Source of the DNA: a virus
Taxonomy: Duplodnaviria > Caudoviricetes
IMG/VR virus record: IMGVR_UViG_3300005523_000005
Span: 1-36,978 of that record
Length of the DNA: 36,978 nt
Direction: 5' to 3' (one strand)
The notes under the pieces are model-generated. The model was not told the DNA's origin. It searched no databases and saw only the letters and a program-made list of their open reading frames with translations. The number at the start of each line of letters is the position of its first letter. Position 1 is the first letter of the stretch. The translations under genes were made by a program, and so were the position numbers. Positions 36,875-36,978 of this stretch are shown here, in pieces.

Positions 36875-36978
36875 TCGTGTTCTTGACGGCGATACTATTG
36901 ATGTCACCATTGATCTTGGGTTTGACTTATACAAGAAAGAAAGAGTTAGAATTGCAGGAGTTGATACGCCAGAGAAAA
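36813..36978 (+). CDS. staphylococcal-nuclease (thermonuclease)-like endonuclease, 3'-truncated
   Basis: AGGAG RBS at 36801-36805, then MAAMTPPSRKSCYNFRVTEINRVLDGDTIDVTIDLGFDLYKKERVRIAGVDTPEK; DGDT and RxxGxDTPE are SNase motifs. Confidence 0.85.
   Translation, partial: MAAMTPPSRKSCYNFRVTEINRVLDGDTIDVTIDLGFDLYKKERVRIAGVDTPEK

Noticed and set aside
34497-36978. Absence of gp17 after gp16 as a deletion or defect
   Set aside because: Cyanomyoviruses normally carry an accessory island between g16 and g17, so g17 is expected beyond the window.

Overview
AT-rich (+)-strand structural module of a T4-like marine cyanomyovirus (Synechococcus/Prochlorococcus phage). Gene order: 3' end of a probable gp7 baseplate gene, gp8 baseplate wedge, a 2711-aa VrlC/DUF4815-type virion protein, a 1608-aa structural protein, a 4309-aa giant fibre, a small fibre-accessory cluster (including an ALK/LTK-type glycine-rich protein), gp13, gp14, gp15 and gp16. 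The window ends in the accessory island that separates g16 from g17 in these phages. That island holds plastocyanin (petE), pyrE, a 43-aa NdhP homologue missed by the ORF track, several small host-like ORFs and a truncated SNase-like nuclease. T4-type late promoters (N[A/C]TAAATA) precede most structural genes, and two clear intrinsic terminators are present. The most unusual signal is inside the giant fibre. A split beta-helix encloses two helical domains that resemble phycobiliprotein (globin-like) subunits, with Cys at positions matching the bilin-attachment sites. These in turn carry about 14 His/Cys-containing beta-domains inserted recursively inside one another like balanced brackets, up to 7 levels deep. 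All homology calls come from motif recognition by eye; no searches were run. I saw no tRNA, rRNA, CRISPR array, intron or mobile element.
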